33,153 nucleotides of DNA from Candidatus Rokuibacteriota bacterium. Lineage in GTDB: Bacteria; Methylomirabilota; Methylomirabilia; Rokubacteriales; JACPHL01. Positions 10,016-17,421 of the stretch are shown here, piece by piece (positions within the stretch are counted from its first letter, which is position 1; each line of letters opens with the position of its first letter). The notes under the pieces were generated by a model that saw nothing but the letters and a program-made list of their open reading frames with translations, did no database searches and was not told where the DNA came from. Both the position numbers and the translations under genes were made by a program. Where the stretch lies: the NCBI GenBank assembly GCA_016188625.1, contig JACPHL010000115.1, positions 1 through 33,153 on the forward strand, in the 5' to 3' direction.

Positions 10016-11196
10016 GCGGGGCGGCGGGGCCGCTCGCCGCGGCGACCCGGGAGGGGCCGGCCGGGACCCCCGGGATCTACCTCCACTGCCTCTTCTGTCT
10101 CCGGCGCTGCCCGTACTGCGACTTCAACGTCGCCCTCTACCGCGAGGACCGGATCGCCCCCTTCCTCGACGCGCTCCACCGCGAGCTCGCCCTCTACGGC
10201 CGGGAGGCCTGGGCGTCCCGGACGGCGGTGGAGAGCCTCTTCTTCGGCGGCGGGACCCCGTCGCTCCTCGAGCCTGCCGCGATCGGGGGCCTGATCGAGG
10301 CCGTGGCGCGGACCTTCCCGGTCCAGCCCGGCGCCGAGATCACCCTGGAGGCGAACCCCGAGCGGCTCACCCGCGAGCGGCTCCTGGGCTACCGGGCCGC
10401 AGGCGTCACGCGCCTCTCCCTCGGCGTCCAGGCCCTGGACGACCGGGTCCTCGCCCGGCTGGGGCGCGGGCACACGGCCGAGGAGGCCCGCCGGGCCTTC
10501 GGGGCGGCGCGGGCAGCCGGCTTCGCCGCGGTGAGCGTGGACCTCCTCTACGCCTGCCCGGGCCAGGATCTCGCCGGATGGGGCCGGGGCCTCGCGGAGG
10601 TGGTCGGCTGGGGCCCGGAGCACCTGTCGTGCTACGCCCTGACCCTCGAGCCGGGGACCGCCTTCGCCCGGCGCCCCCTCCAGGACCTGCCCGACGAGGA
10701 GACCCAGCTCGCCCAGTACCGGGCCATGGTGGAGGGGCTCGGGGCGGCCGGCTACGAGCAGTACGAGATCTCCAACTTCGCCCGGCCCGGCCACCGCTCG
10801 GTCCACAACCAGCGCTACTGGCGCGGGGAGGAGTACCTGGGCCTGGGGCCGGGCGCCCATTCCTTCCTCGGGGCCGTCCGCTTCGCCAACCTCCGCTCCC
10901 AGCTCCGCTACCGCGCCCGGCTCGACGCCGGCCTCCTGCCCATCGAGTCGTGGGAGCGCCTGAGCCCGGCCCAGCGCCTCGGCGAGCGGATCGTCTTCGG
11001 GCTCCGGCTCGCCGAGGGGATCCCCCGGACGTGGCTCGCCGAGGGCTTCGCCGCCGCGCCCGCGACCCTCGAGCGGCTCCTCGCCCGCTACGGCGAGGCC
11101 GGCCTCCTCCTGGCCGAGGGGGAGCGGGTCCGCCTGACCGAGGCCGGGCGCCTCCTCGCCGACGCCATCGGCGCGGATCTCCTCCCCGCGGCTTGA
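9985..11196 (+). CDS. hemW: Radical SAM heme chaperone HemW (HemN-like)
   Basis: CLRRCPYCDF (CxxxCxxC) cluster motif with HemN/HemW-like architecture. Start is uncertain: GTG 9985 or ATG 9943, both overlapping the lepB 3' end. Confidence 0.82.
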   Translation: MVAAGAADPLSGAAGPLAAATREGPAGTPGIYLHCLFCLRRCPYCDFNVALYREDRIAPFLDALHRELALYGREAWASRTAVESLFFGGGTPSLLEPAAIGGLIEAVARTFPVQPGAEITLEANPERLTRERLLGYRAAGVTRLSLGVQALDDRVLARLGRGHTAEEARRAFGAARAAGFAAVSVDLLYACPGQDLAGWGRGLAEVVGWGPEHLSCYALTLEPGTAFARRPLQDLPDEETQLAQYRAMVEGLGAAGYEQYEISNFARPGHRSVHNQRYWRGEEYLGLGPGAHSFLGAVRFANLRSQLRYRARLDAGLLPIESWERLSPAQRLGERIVFGLRLAEGIPRTWLAEGFAAAPATLERLLARYGEAGLLLAEGERVRLTEAGRLLADAIGADLLPAA

Positions 11197-11222
11197 CAAG
11201 CCCGCTCGGGGGTTGTTACTTT
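11193..11222 (+). promoter_or_regulatory. Putative sigma70-type promoter of the hrcA operon
   Basis: TTGACA at 11193-11198 overlaps the hemW stop. After a 17-18 nt spacer comes a weak -10 (TTACTT/TACTTT), immediately upstream of CIRCE. Confidence 0.45.
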
Positions 11223-11227
11223 CTCCA

Positions 11228-11254
11228 TGAGCACTTCCCGTGGTGGAGTGCGAA
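11228..11254 (+). promoter_or_regulatory. CIRCE operator (HrcA binding site)
   Basis: TGAGCACTT-N9-GAGTGCGAA matches the consensus TTAGCACTC-N9-GAGTGCTAA at 15 of 18 positions with exact 9-nt spacing. It lies 17 nt upstream of the hrcA start. Confidence 0.78.
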
Positions 11255-11270
11255 CGGGGGAGGGATCGGC

Positions 11271-12317
11271 GTGGTCGAAGCCGAGCTGGGCGAGCGCAGC
11301 CGACAGGTCCTCGAGGCCGTCATCGTGGACTACACCCTGACGGCCGAGCCGGTGGGGTCCCGGGCGGTCTCCCGGAAGTACCACCCTGACCTCTCGCCGG
11401 CGACCATCCGGAACGCCATGGCCGACCTCGAGGAGCTGGGGTATCTCAGCCAGCCCCATCCCTCGGCCGGCCGGGTCCCGACCGACAAGGCCTACCGCTT
11501 CTACGTGGACCGCATGAAGGCCCAGCCCCTGAGCCGCACCGAAGCGACCCGTCTGAACCGGCAGGTGGGCGGGGCCCGGAGCGAGCTGGACGAGCTGATG
11601 GAGCACGCCTCGCTCCAGCTCTCCTCCCTCTCCCGCTACACCGGGGTCGTCCTCGCCCCGCCCCTCAGCCACACGCGCCTGGAGCGGGTGGACCTGCTCC
11701 CGGTGGGGGGGGAGCGGGCCCTGGCGGTCGTCGTGACCGAGACGGGGTGGGTCACCAGCCGGACCATCACCCTCGGCGAGCCGCTCCGGCAGCTCGAGCT
11801 CCGGGAGATCGCCCGGCTGATCACCGAGGGGTTCGGCGGGCTGACCTTCCAGGAGATCCAGGGGCGCCTGGACGACCCGGGGCCGCCCCCCGAGGAGCGG
11901 CTCGGGCGCCTGGCCCTGACCCTGGCCGAGAAGGTCTTCGCGCTCCTCCGCGACCGGAACCTCTACATCGGGGGCGCCATCAACATCCTCGATCAGCCAG
12001 AGTTCGCCGACCTCGACACCATGCGGATGCTCCTCAAGGCCTTCGAGGAGAAGCGCCGGCTCATCGAGCTGTTCTCCTCCCGCGCCGAGGCCGAGGGGGT
12101 CCGGGTCGTCATCGGGTCCGAGAACCCCTACGAGGAGATGCACGAGACGAGCGTCGTGACCGCCGTGTACAAGTACGGGAACCACATCCTCGGGAGCCTG
12201 GGGGTGGTGGGCCCGAGGCGGATGCGGTACGCGAAGGTCGTGGCCCTGGTGGACTACACCGCGAAGCTGGTCAGCCGCCGTCTCGACCGCCTCGCCAGGG
12301 CCGAGCCCTCCGCCTGA
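11271..12317 (+). CDS. hrcA: Heat-inducible transcription repressor HrcA
   Basis: GTG 11271 follows a GGGGGAGGGA ribosome-binding site. RSRQVLEAVIVDYTLTAEPVGSRAVSRKY...SPATIRNAMADLEELGYLSQPHPSAGRVPTDKAYRFYVD is a canonical HrcA N-terminus. The track start at 10578 is an off-target extension. Confidence 0.93.
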   Translation: MVEAELGERSRQVLEAVIVDYTLTAEPVGSRAVSRKYHPDLSPATIRNAMADLEELGYLSQPHPSAGRVPTDKAYRFYVDRMKAQPLSRTEATRLNRQVGGARSELDELMEHASLQLSSLSRYTGVVLAPPLSHTRLERVDLLPVGGERALAVVVTETGWVTSRTITLGEPLRQLELREIARLITEGFGGLTFQEIQGRLDDPGPPPEERLGRLALTLAEKVFALLRDRNLYIGGAINILDQPEFADLDTMRMLLKAFEEKRRLIELFSSRAEAEGVRVVIGSENPYEEMHETSVVTAVYKYGNHILGSLGVVGPRRMRYAKVVALVDYTAKLVSRRLDRLARAEPSA

Positions 12318-12319
12318 TC

Positions 12320-12919
12320 ATGTCCGACGAGTCCCTCGAGGGGCGTCCCTCGGAGGAGGGCGCCTCGCCGGAGCCGCCTGTCCCCTCCCCGGAGGCGCCC
12401 GCGGAGGCGGATGCGCGGGAGCGGCTCCAGGCGGCCCTCGAGGCCAAGGGCCGGGAGGCCGCCGAGCACTACGACCGCTACCTCCGGGCCCTGGCGGACT
12501 TCGAGAACTACAGGCGCCGGGTCCAGCGGGAGCGGGAGGAGTGGACCCGGCTGGCCCAGGAGCGGCTCCTCCGCGATCTCCTCCCCGTCCTCGACAACTT
12601 CGACCGGGCCCTCCAGGTCGATCCGGATCCGGGGCAGCTCCAGGGGTTCGTGGCGGGGATCGAGCTGATCCGCCGCGAGCTCCTCAAGGTCCTGGAGCGG
12701 ATCGGCGTGATCCCCTTCAGCCCCGTGGGCGAGCCCTTCGACCCCCAGCGCCACGAGGCCGTGATGCGGGTGGAGACCACGGAGGTCCCGAGCCAGACGG
12801 TGGTGGAGGAGATCGAGCGGGGGTACCTGCTGGGCGACCGGGTCCTGCGGCCGGCCCGGGTCAAGGTCGCGGTGCATCCCGAGGAGAGCGCCTCGGGCCC
12901 GGGCGGCCCCGGGCCCTAG
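12320..12919 (+). CDS. grpE: Nucleotide exchange factor GrpE
   Basis: ATG 12320. LRALADFENYRRRVQRE signature and the C-terminal beta-domain block EAVMRVE...GYLLGDRVLRPARV. Confidence 0.93.
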   Translation: MSDESLEGRPSEEGASPEPPVPSPEAPAEADARERLQAALEAKGREAAEHYDRYLRALADFENYRRRVQREREEWTRLAQERLLRDLLPVLDNFDRALQVDPDPGQLQGFVAGIELIRRELLKVLERIGVIPFSPVGEPFDPQRHEAVMRVETTEVPSQTVVEEIERGYLLGDRVLRPARVKVAVHPEESASGPGGPGP

Positions 12920-12922
12920 ACC

Positions 12923-14020
12923 ATGGCCGCCCCCCGCGACTACTACGAGATCCTGGGCGTCCCGCGCACCGCCGACGAGACGGCGCTCAAGAAGGCCTAC
13001 CGGCAGCTCGCCCTGAAGTACCACCCCGACCGGAACCCGGGGGACCGGCAGGCCGAGGAGCGCTTCAAGGAGGTCAGCGAGGCCTACGCCGTCCTCTCGG
13101 ACCCGGAGAAGCGCGCCCAGTACGACCGGTTCGGCCGGGTCGATCTCCCCCCGGGGGTGGACTTCGGCTTTCCCGGCTTCGGCGACCTCTTCGAGGACCT
13201 CTTCGAGGGCTTCCTCGGCGGCCCCCGCGATCGCCGGCCCCGGCCGCGGCGCGGCGCGGACCTCCGCTACGACCTGGAGATCTCCCTCGAGGAGGCGGCC
13301 GAGGGGTTGGAGACCCGGATCCAGATCCCCCGCGCCGAGCCCTGCGGGCGGTGCCGGGGATCGGGGCTCGAGCCGGGGACGCGGAAGGTCACCTGCGCCA
13401 CGTGCGCCGGGCGCGGCCAGATCCGCTACACCCAGGGGTTCCTCACCGTCGCCCGGACCTGCCCCCACTGCGGCGGCGAGGGCGAGCTGAACCGGAGCCC
13501 GTGCCCCGACTGTCGGGGCGAGGGGCGGGTCGGCCGGGAGCACCTGCTCCGGGTCAAGATCCCGGCGGGGATCGAGGACGGCTCCCAGCTTCGCCTCGCG
13601 GGCGAGGGGGAAGCCGGCGCGCGCGGCGGGCCGCCGGGGGATCTCTACGTCGTCGTCCACCTCCGGGAGCACCCCCTCTTCGCCCGGCGCGGCGCCGACC
13701 TCCTCTGCGACCTCCCCGCCACCTTCCCCCAGGCCGCCCTGGGGGCCGAGGTCGAGGTCCCCCTCCTCCGGGGCACGGCCACCCTCCCGATCCCCCCCGG
13801 GACCCAGAACGGCGAGATCCTGCGCCTGCGGGGGAAGGGGATGCCCCACCTGCGCGGGCGGGGGCGGGGCGACGCCTGCTTCCGGGTCCTGGTCGAGGTC
13901 CCCACCGAGCTCACCCCCCGCCAGCGCGAGCTCCTCGAGGAGTTCGAGCGGGCGGGCCAGGAGGGCGGCTCCATGGTCGCCCGCTTCCGCGAGCAGTGGA
14001 AGAAGCTCCTAGGCGGATGA
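12923..14020 (+). CDS. dnaJ: Molecular chaperone DnaJ
   Basis: J-domain DYYEILGV...YHPDRNPGD, a G/F region, and four CxxCxGxG zinc-finger repeats ([32 protein letters not shown]). Confidence 0.96.
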   Translation: MAAPRDYYEILGVPRTADETALKKAYRQLALKYHPDRNPGDRQAEERFKEVSEAYAVLSDPEKRAQYDRFGRVDLPPGVDFGFPGFGDLFEDLFEGFLGGPRDRRPRPRRGADLRYDLEISLEEAAEGLETRIQIPRAEPCGRCRGSGLEPGTRKVTCATCAGRGQIRYTQGFLTVARTCPHCGGEGELNRSPCPDCRGEGRVGREHLLRVKIPAGIEDGSQLRLAGEGEAGARGGPPGDLYVVVHLREHPLFARRGADLLCDLPATFPQAALGAEVEVPLLRGTATLPIPPGTQNGEILRLRGKGMPHLRGRGRGDACFRVLVEVPTELTPRQRELLEEFERAGQEGGSMVARFREQWKKLLGG

Positions 14021-14114
14021 GCCACCCGCCTCTTCCTGTCGCCCCCCGCCCGCGGCCCCGGGCGGTGGGGGGGGTTGGGGGAGGAGCGACGCCGCTCCCC
14101 CCCAAGGTGGACTA

Positions 14115-14999
14115 GTGAGCGCGCCGACGTTCTGGGCGCTCCGCGTGAGCCTCGCGCCCGGGACCGTCGAGGGCGTGACCAACTTCCTCTGGGAGGCCGG
14201 GGCGAGCGGGGTCATCGAGGAGGCCCCGGGCCCGCTGGCCACGCTGGAGGCCCACTTCCCCCCGGGGACCGATCCCGCCCTGACCGAGACCCGGCTGCTC
14301 GCCTATCTCGACGCCCTCCGGGCCCTGGGGCTCCCCGTGGGGCCGGGCGCCGTCCATGCCCGGCTCGTCCCCGACGAGGCGTGGGCCGAGGCGTGGCGGG
14401 CCCACTTCGTCCCCCGCCGGGTGGGGGAGCGACTCTGGGTCTGCCCGCCTTGGGACCGCCCGCCCGCCGGCCCCGGGGAGGTCGTGGTCGAGATCGACCC
14501 CGGCCGGGCCTTCGGGACCGGCGCCCACGCCACGACCCTCGGGTGCCTCGAGCTCGCCGCCTCGCTCCTCGCCACCACCGCCGGCCCGGCGGTCCTCGAC
14601 GTCGGCACCGGGAGCGGGATCCTCGCCGTCGCCTGCGCCAAGCTCGGCGCGGCCTCCGTGCTGGCGATCGACCTGGATCCCGACGCCGTGCGCGCGGCCG
14701 AGGCCAACGCCCTCCGGAACGGCGTGGCCCGCCAGGTGACGGTCGCCCTCGCCACGCCGGAGGAGCTGGACGGGGTGCGGGTCCCGCTCATCCTGGCCAA
14801 CCTCCTGGCCCCCGCCATCGAGCGGCTGGCCCCCCAGTTCGCCCGTCTCGCCGGGCGCCCGGGCTGGCTCATCGCCGGGGGGGTGTTGACCACGGAGGTG
14901 GGCCCGGTCGAGACCGCCCTGGGGCGCGTCGGCTTTCGCCCCTGCCGGCGGCTCGACCGGGAGGGGTGGGCGACCCTGCTCCTCGCGCGGGACGGGTAG
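14115..14999 (+). CDS. prmA: Ribosomal protein L11 methyltransferase
   Basis: IDPGRAFGTGAHATT and the SAM motif VLDVGTGSGILAVACAKLGA. Length and the synteny after dnaJ both fit PrmA. Confidence 0.9.
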   Translation: MSAPTFWALRVSLAPGTVEGVTNFLWEAGASGVIEEAPGPLATLEAHFPPGTDPALTETRLLAYLDALRALGLPVGPGAVHARLVPDEAWAEAWRAHFVPRRVGERLWVCPPWDRPPAGPGEVVVEIDPGRAFGTGAHATTLGCLELAASLLATTAGPAVLDVGTGSGILAVACAKLGAASVLAIDLDPDAVRAAEANALRNGVARQVTVALATPEELDGVRVPLILANLLAPAIERLAPQFARLAGRPGWLIAGGVLTTEVGPVETALGRVGFRPCRRLDREGWATLLLARDG

Positions 15000-15151
15000 G
15001 GGCCGTGGCCCAGGCGGATCCGGGGAGCGCCGGCTTCGAGTACTTCGAGGTCACGGCGGACGTCCCTCCGAGGGATCTAGGGGCCGTGGCCCAGGCGGAT
15101 CCGGGGAGCGTCGGCTTCGAGTACTTCGAGGTCACGGCGGACGTCGGGATC
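14997..15151 (+). repeat. Tandem duplication (81-bp period) spanning the prmA stop and archease start
   Basis: 14997-15064 and 15078-15145 are a 68-nt direct repeat with one mismatch (GCC vs GTC). The first copy carries an extra 7 nt (CCTCCGA, 15065-15071) before the shared GGGATC. Confidence 0.88.
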
Positions 15152-15523
15152 CGCGCCTGGGGGCCGGACGCCCGCGCCGCCTTCTGCCAGTGCGCCCTCG
15201 GGGTCTTCAACCTCATGGTGAGCCTGCCGGAGGTCGAGGCGCGCGAGGCCCGCGAGGTGCGGGCGAGCGGCGAGGGGTACGAGCCGCTCCTGGTGAACTG
15301 GATCAACGAGCTGCTCTACCTCCACGACACCGAGGGGTTCCTCGCGCGTCGCGTCGAGATCCCGGCCTTCGACGCCTCCGGGCTCCGCTCGCTCCTCCAC
15401 GGCGAGCCGCTGGATCCAGCCCGCCATCACCCGGGTCTCCAGGTCAAGGCGGCCACCTTTCACCAGTTGGCCGTGACCGAGGAGGCCGGGCGGTTCGTGG
15501 TCCGCCTCATCGTGGATGTCTGA
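15086..15523 (+). CDS. Archease
   Basis: VAQADPGSVGFEYFEVTADVGIRAWG matches the archease N-terminal signature (FEY.EHTAD.G), 145 aa. An alternative in-frame start at GTG 15005 in the first repeat copy would add 27 aa containing a second FEYFEVTADV. Confidence 0.8.
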   Translation: MAQADPGSVGFEYFEVTADVGIRAWGPDARAAFCQCALGVFNLMVSLPEVEAREAREVRASGEGYEPLLVNWINELLYLHDTEGFLARRVEIPAFDASGLRSLLHGEPLDPARHHPGLQVKAATFHQLAVTEEAGRFVVRLIVDV

Positions 15524-15537
15524 TGTTTCCGATCAGT

Positions 15538-15569
15538 AGCGGCGGGCACAATTTACCGTTGCTTTTTTG
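15538..15569 (+). terminator. Rho-independent terminator after archease
   Basis: AGCGGCGG / CCGTTGCT form an 8-bp stem (two G-U pairs) with a 10-nt loop, followed by a T6 run. Confidence 0.6.
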
Positions 15570-15667
15570 AAACATTCCCACAGTTCTCCGGTCCTCTTAC
15601 GGGCGCTATAAGCCAAAAGAGACCATAAAATCGAATAGTTGACAAACTGGCGCCAGGCCGGGGCTTC

Positions 15668-15683
15668 TGGCATCCGGCTTGCT
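15668..15683 (+). promoter_or_regulatory. Putative sigma54 (-24/-12) promoter upstream of lpxC
   Basis: TGGCATccggcTTGCT matches the consensus TGGCAC-N5-TTGCW with exact GG-N10-GC spacing. It lies 50 nt upstream of the lpxC ATG within an unusually AT-rich intergenic island. Confidence 0.5.
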
Positions 15684-15732
15684 TGTCTCTGCGCTTGGTT
15701 TTCTCTGAGTTCCTTCGGCTGGCCGGGAGGCT

Positions 15733-16647
15733 ATGGAGCTTCAATCGACGATTCGCAAGCAGGTCGGGTGCCAGGGGATCGGCCTTCACACCGGTGAGCC
15801 GGTCCACCTGACCCTTCAGCCGGCCCCGCCCGACAGCGGCGTCCTCTTCCGCCTCCTCCCCCCCGGGGTGGACATCCTGGTGGGCCCTGATGCGCTTCTG
15901 AACGGCCATTACGCCACGACCCTGGGGTGGGACGGGGTCCAGGTCCAGACCGTCGAGCACCTCCTGGCCGCGGTCGCGGCGCTCGGCATCGACAACCTGC
16001 GCGTGGAGGTCGAAGGGGTCGAGCTCCCGGCGATGGACGGGAGCGCCAAGCCGTACGTGGACCTCCTCTACGCGGCGGGGCGGGAGGGGCAGGCCGCTCC
16101 CCGCCGTCCCCTCTACGTGAAGGAGGAGATCCGCGTCGGGGACGACGCGCGCTGGATCCAGATCTCGCCGGCCACCGAGACCCGGATCAGCTACACCCTG
16201 GACCTGGACCACCCCGTGGTGGGGGTCCAGATCGCTTCGTTCGCCCCCACCGAGCGGGTCTTCGTGGAGGAGCTGGCCTCCGCCCGGACGTACGGGTTCC
16301 TCAAGGACGTCGAGCTGCTCCGCCAGCAGGGGCTGGCCCGGGGCGGGTCGCTGGAGAACGCCGTGGTGGTCGGCCAGGAGCGGGTCCTGAACGGCTCGCT
16401 CCGCTTCCGCGACGAGTTCGTCCGCCACAAGATCCTCGACGTGGTCGGGGACCTGGCCCTCCTGGGGCGGCCGGTGGTCGGGCATGTGGTGGCGCGCAAC
16501 GCCGGCCACGCCCTGAACCACCAGCTGGTCCGTGAGGTCCACCGGCGGGCCGCGGGGTGGGAGCGTGGCGTGGTCGCCGCCCTCCACCACCCGGTCGGCC
16601 GCTCCGAGGGCGAGCCGAGACTCCACCCCGGCCTGGCCGCCGTCTAG
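15733..16647 (+). CDS. lpxC: UDP-3-O-acyl-N-acetylglucosamine deacetylase
   Basis: GGGAGG ribosome-binding site. TIRKQVGCQGIGLHTGEPV, the HKILDVVGDLALLG motif and ARNAGHALNHQL are typical LpxC features. Confidence 0.94.
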   Translation: MELQSTIRKQVGCQGIGLHTGEPVHLTLQPAPPDSGVLFRLLPPGVDILVGPDALLNGHYATTLGWDGVQVQTVEHLLAAVAALGIDNLRVEVEGVELPAMDGSAKPYVDLLYAAGREGQAAPRRPLYVKEEIRVGDDARWIQISPATETRISYTLDLDHPVVGVQIASFAPTERVFVEELASARTYGFLKDVELLRQQGLARGGSLENAVVVGQERVLNGSLRFRDEFVRHKILDVVGDLALLGRPVVGHVVARNAGHALNHQLVREVHRRAAGWERGVVAALHHPVGRSEGEPRLHPGLAAV

Positions 16648-16653
16648 CCGCCT

Positions 16654-16759
16654 CTTGGGGGAGGCAGGCCCCGAAGCCTTTCGCCAGCGGCGAAGCCGGA
16701 CTGGCGAAAGGTGGGCTTCGCCCAGGGCCGTCGGAAGGGGGGCGGAGCCCCCCTCCGAG
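16654..16759 (+). repeat. Structured intergenic repeat, copy 3 (long form)
   Basis: Starts 7 nt after the lpxC stop and is near-identical to copy 2. Differences are one G fewer in the head, GGCCTGG vs GGACTGG, and loop CGGAG vs CAGAG. Confidence 0.85.
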
Positions 16760-16772
16760 TTTCTCTTTCTCC

Positions 16773-16802
16773 TTCCTTCCCTTTCGTCGCCGGCGCTATA
16801 AT
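16773..16802 (+). promoter_or_regulatory. Possible promoter with perfect -10 TATAAT close to the DUF4390 start
   Basis: TATAAT at 16797-16802 lies 9 nt before ATG 16812. The -35 is weak (TTCCTT). It is preceded by a 26-nt all-pyrimidine tract (16760-16785). Confidence 0.35.
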
Positions 16803-16811
16803 GATTGATCC

Positions 16812-17405
16812 ATGTGTCGGCGCCGGTCGGACGCGTCCCTCTGGGTCGCCCTGGTTCTCGGGGTCCTGCTCCTCCTCGCCCCGGTGGGCGAGGCCGCGGA
16901 CCTCAAGATCTCGAACCTCGTGGTGACCAACTCGGACAAGAGCCTGATGGTCCAGGCCGTCCTCCTCGGCGCCCTCCCCGAGGGCCTGGTGGAGGGGCTC
17001 GAGACGGGGATCCCGGCGGTGGTCCGCTTCCAGGTGGAGCTCTGGCAGTACAACACCTTCTGGGTGGACCGACGGATCGCGGCCAAGGTCGTCGAGCGGC
17101 AGGTGCACTACGACATCCTCACCAAGGAGTACCGGGTGACGGCAGTGCAGGGGGAGAGCCGGGAGCCGTACGTGACGCGCGACCTCTGGGAGGCCAAGCG
17201 GGTGATCTCGGAGCTCCGGGCCCTGCACCTGGCCCCCATCGACCTCCTCAAGCTCGAGAACCTCTACTACGTCCGGCTCCGGGCCGAGATCCGACCGGCG
17301 ACCCCCGAGCCGTCCCTCACCAAGCTTCTCCCCCCCTTCCTCTCCTCGGGGGTGGAGACGTCCTGGGAGAAGTCCCCCCTCCTGACCATGAGCCGGCAGC
17401 GCTGA
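16812..17405 (+). CDS. Secreted DUF4390-like protein (NtrY-associated)
   Basis: 197 aa with a signal peptide ([22 protein letters not shown]). Its position directly upstream of an NtrY-type kinase matches the DUF4390 context as I recall it. The family assignment rests on memory, not a search. Confidence 0.6.
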   Translation: MCRRRSDASLWVALVLGVLLLLAPVGEAADLKISNLVVTNSDKSLMVQAVLLGALPEGLVEGLETGIPAVVRFQVELWQYNTFWVDRRIAAKVVERQVHYDILTKEYRVTAVQGESREPYVTRDLWEAKRVISELRALHLAPIDLLKLENLYYVRLRAEIRPATPEPSLTKLLPPFLSSGVETSWEKSPLLTMSRQR

Positions 17406-17421
17406 GCGGGAGGGCCGCGGG

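Noticed and set aside
15062-15070. The 9-mer CCCTCCGAG in the archease duplication spacer matches the 3' end of the intergenic repeat family.
   Set aside because: A single 9-nt GC-rich match in a 33-kb GC-rich window is plausibly chance, and no other part of the repeat is present.
15639-15667. TTGACA at 15639 as a sigma70 promoter for lpxC.
   Set aside because: The hexamer 17 nt downstream is GGCTTC, which has no resemblance to a -10. The sigma54-type element 25 nt further downstream is the better candidate.
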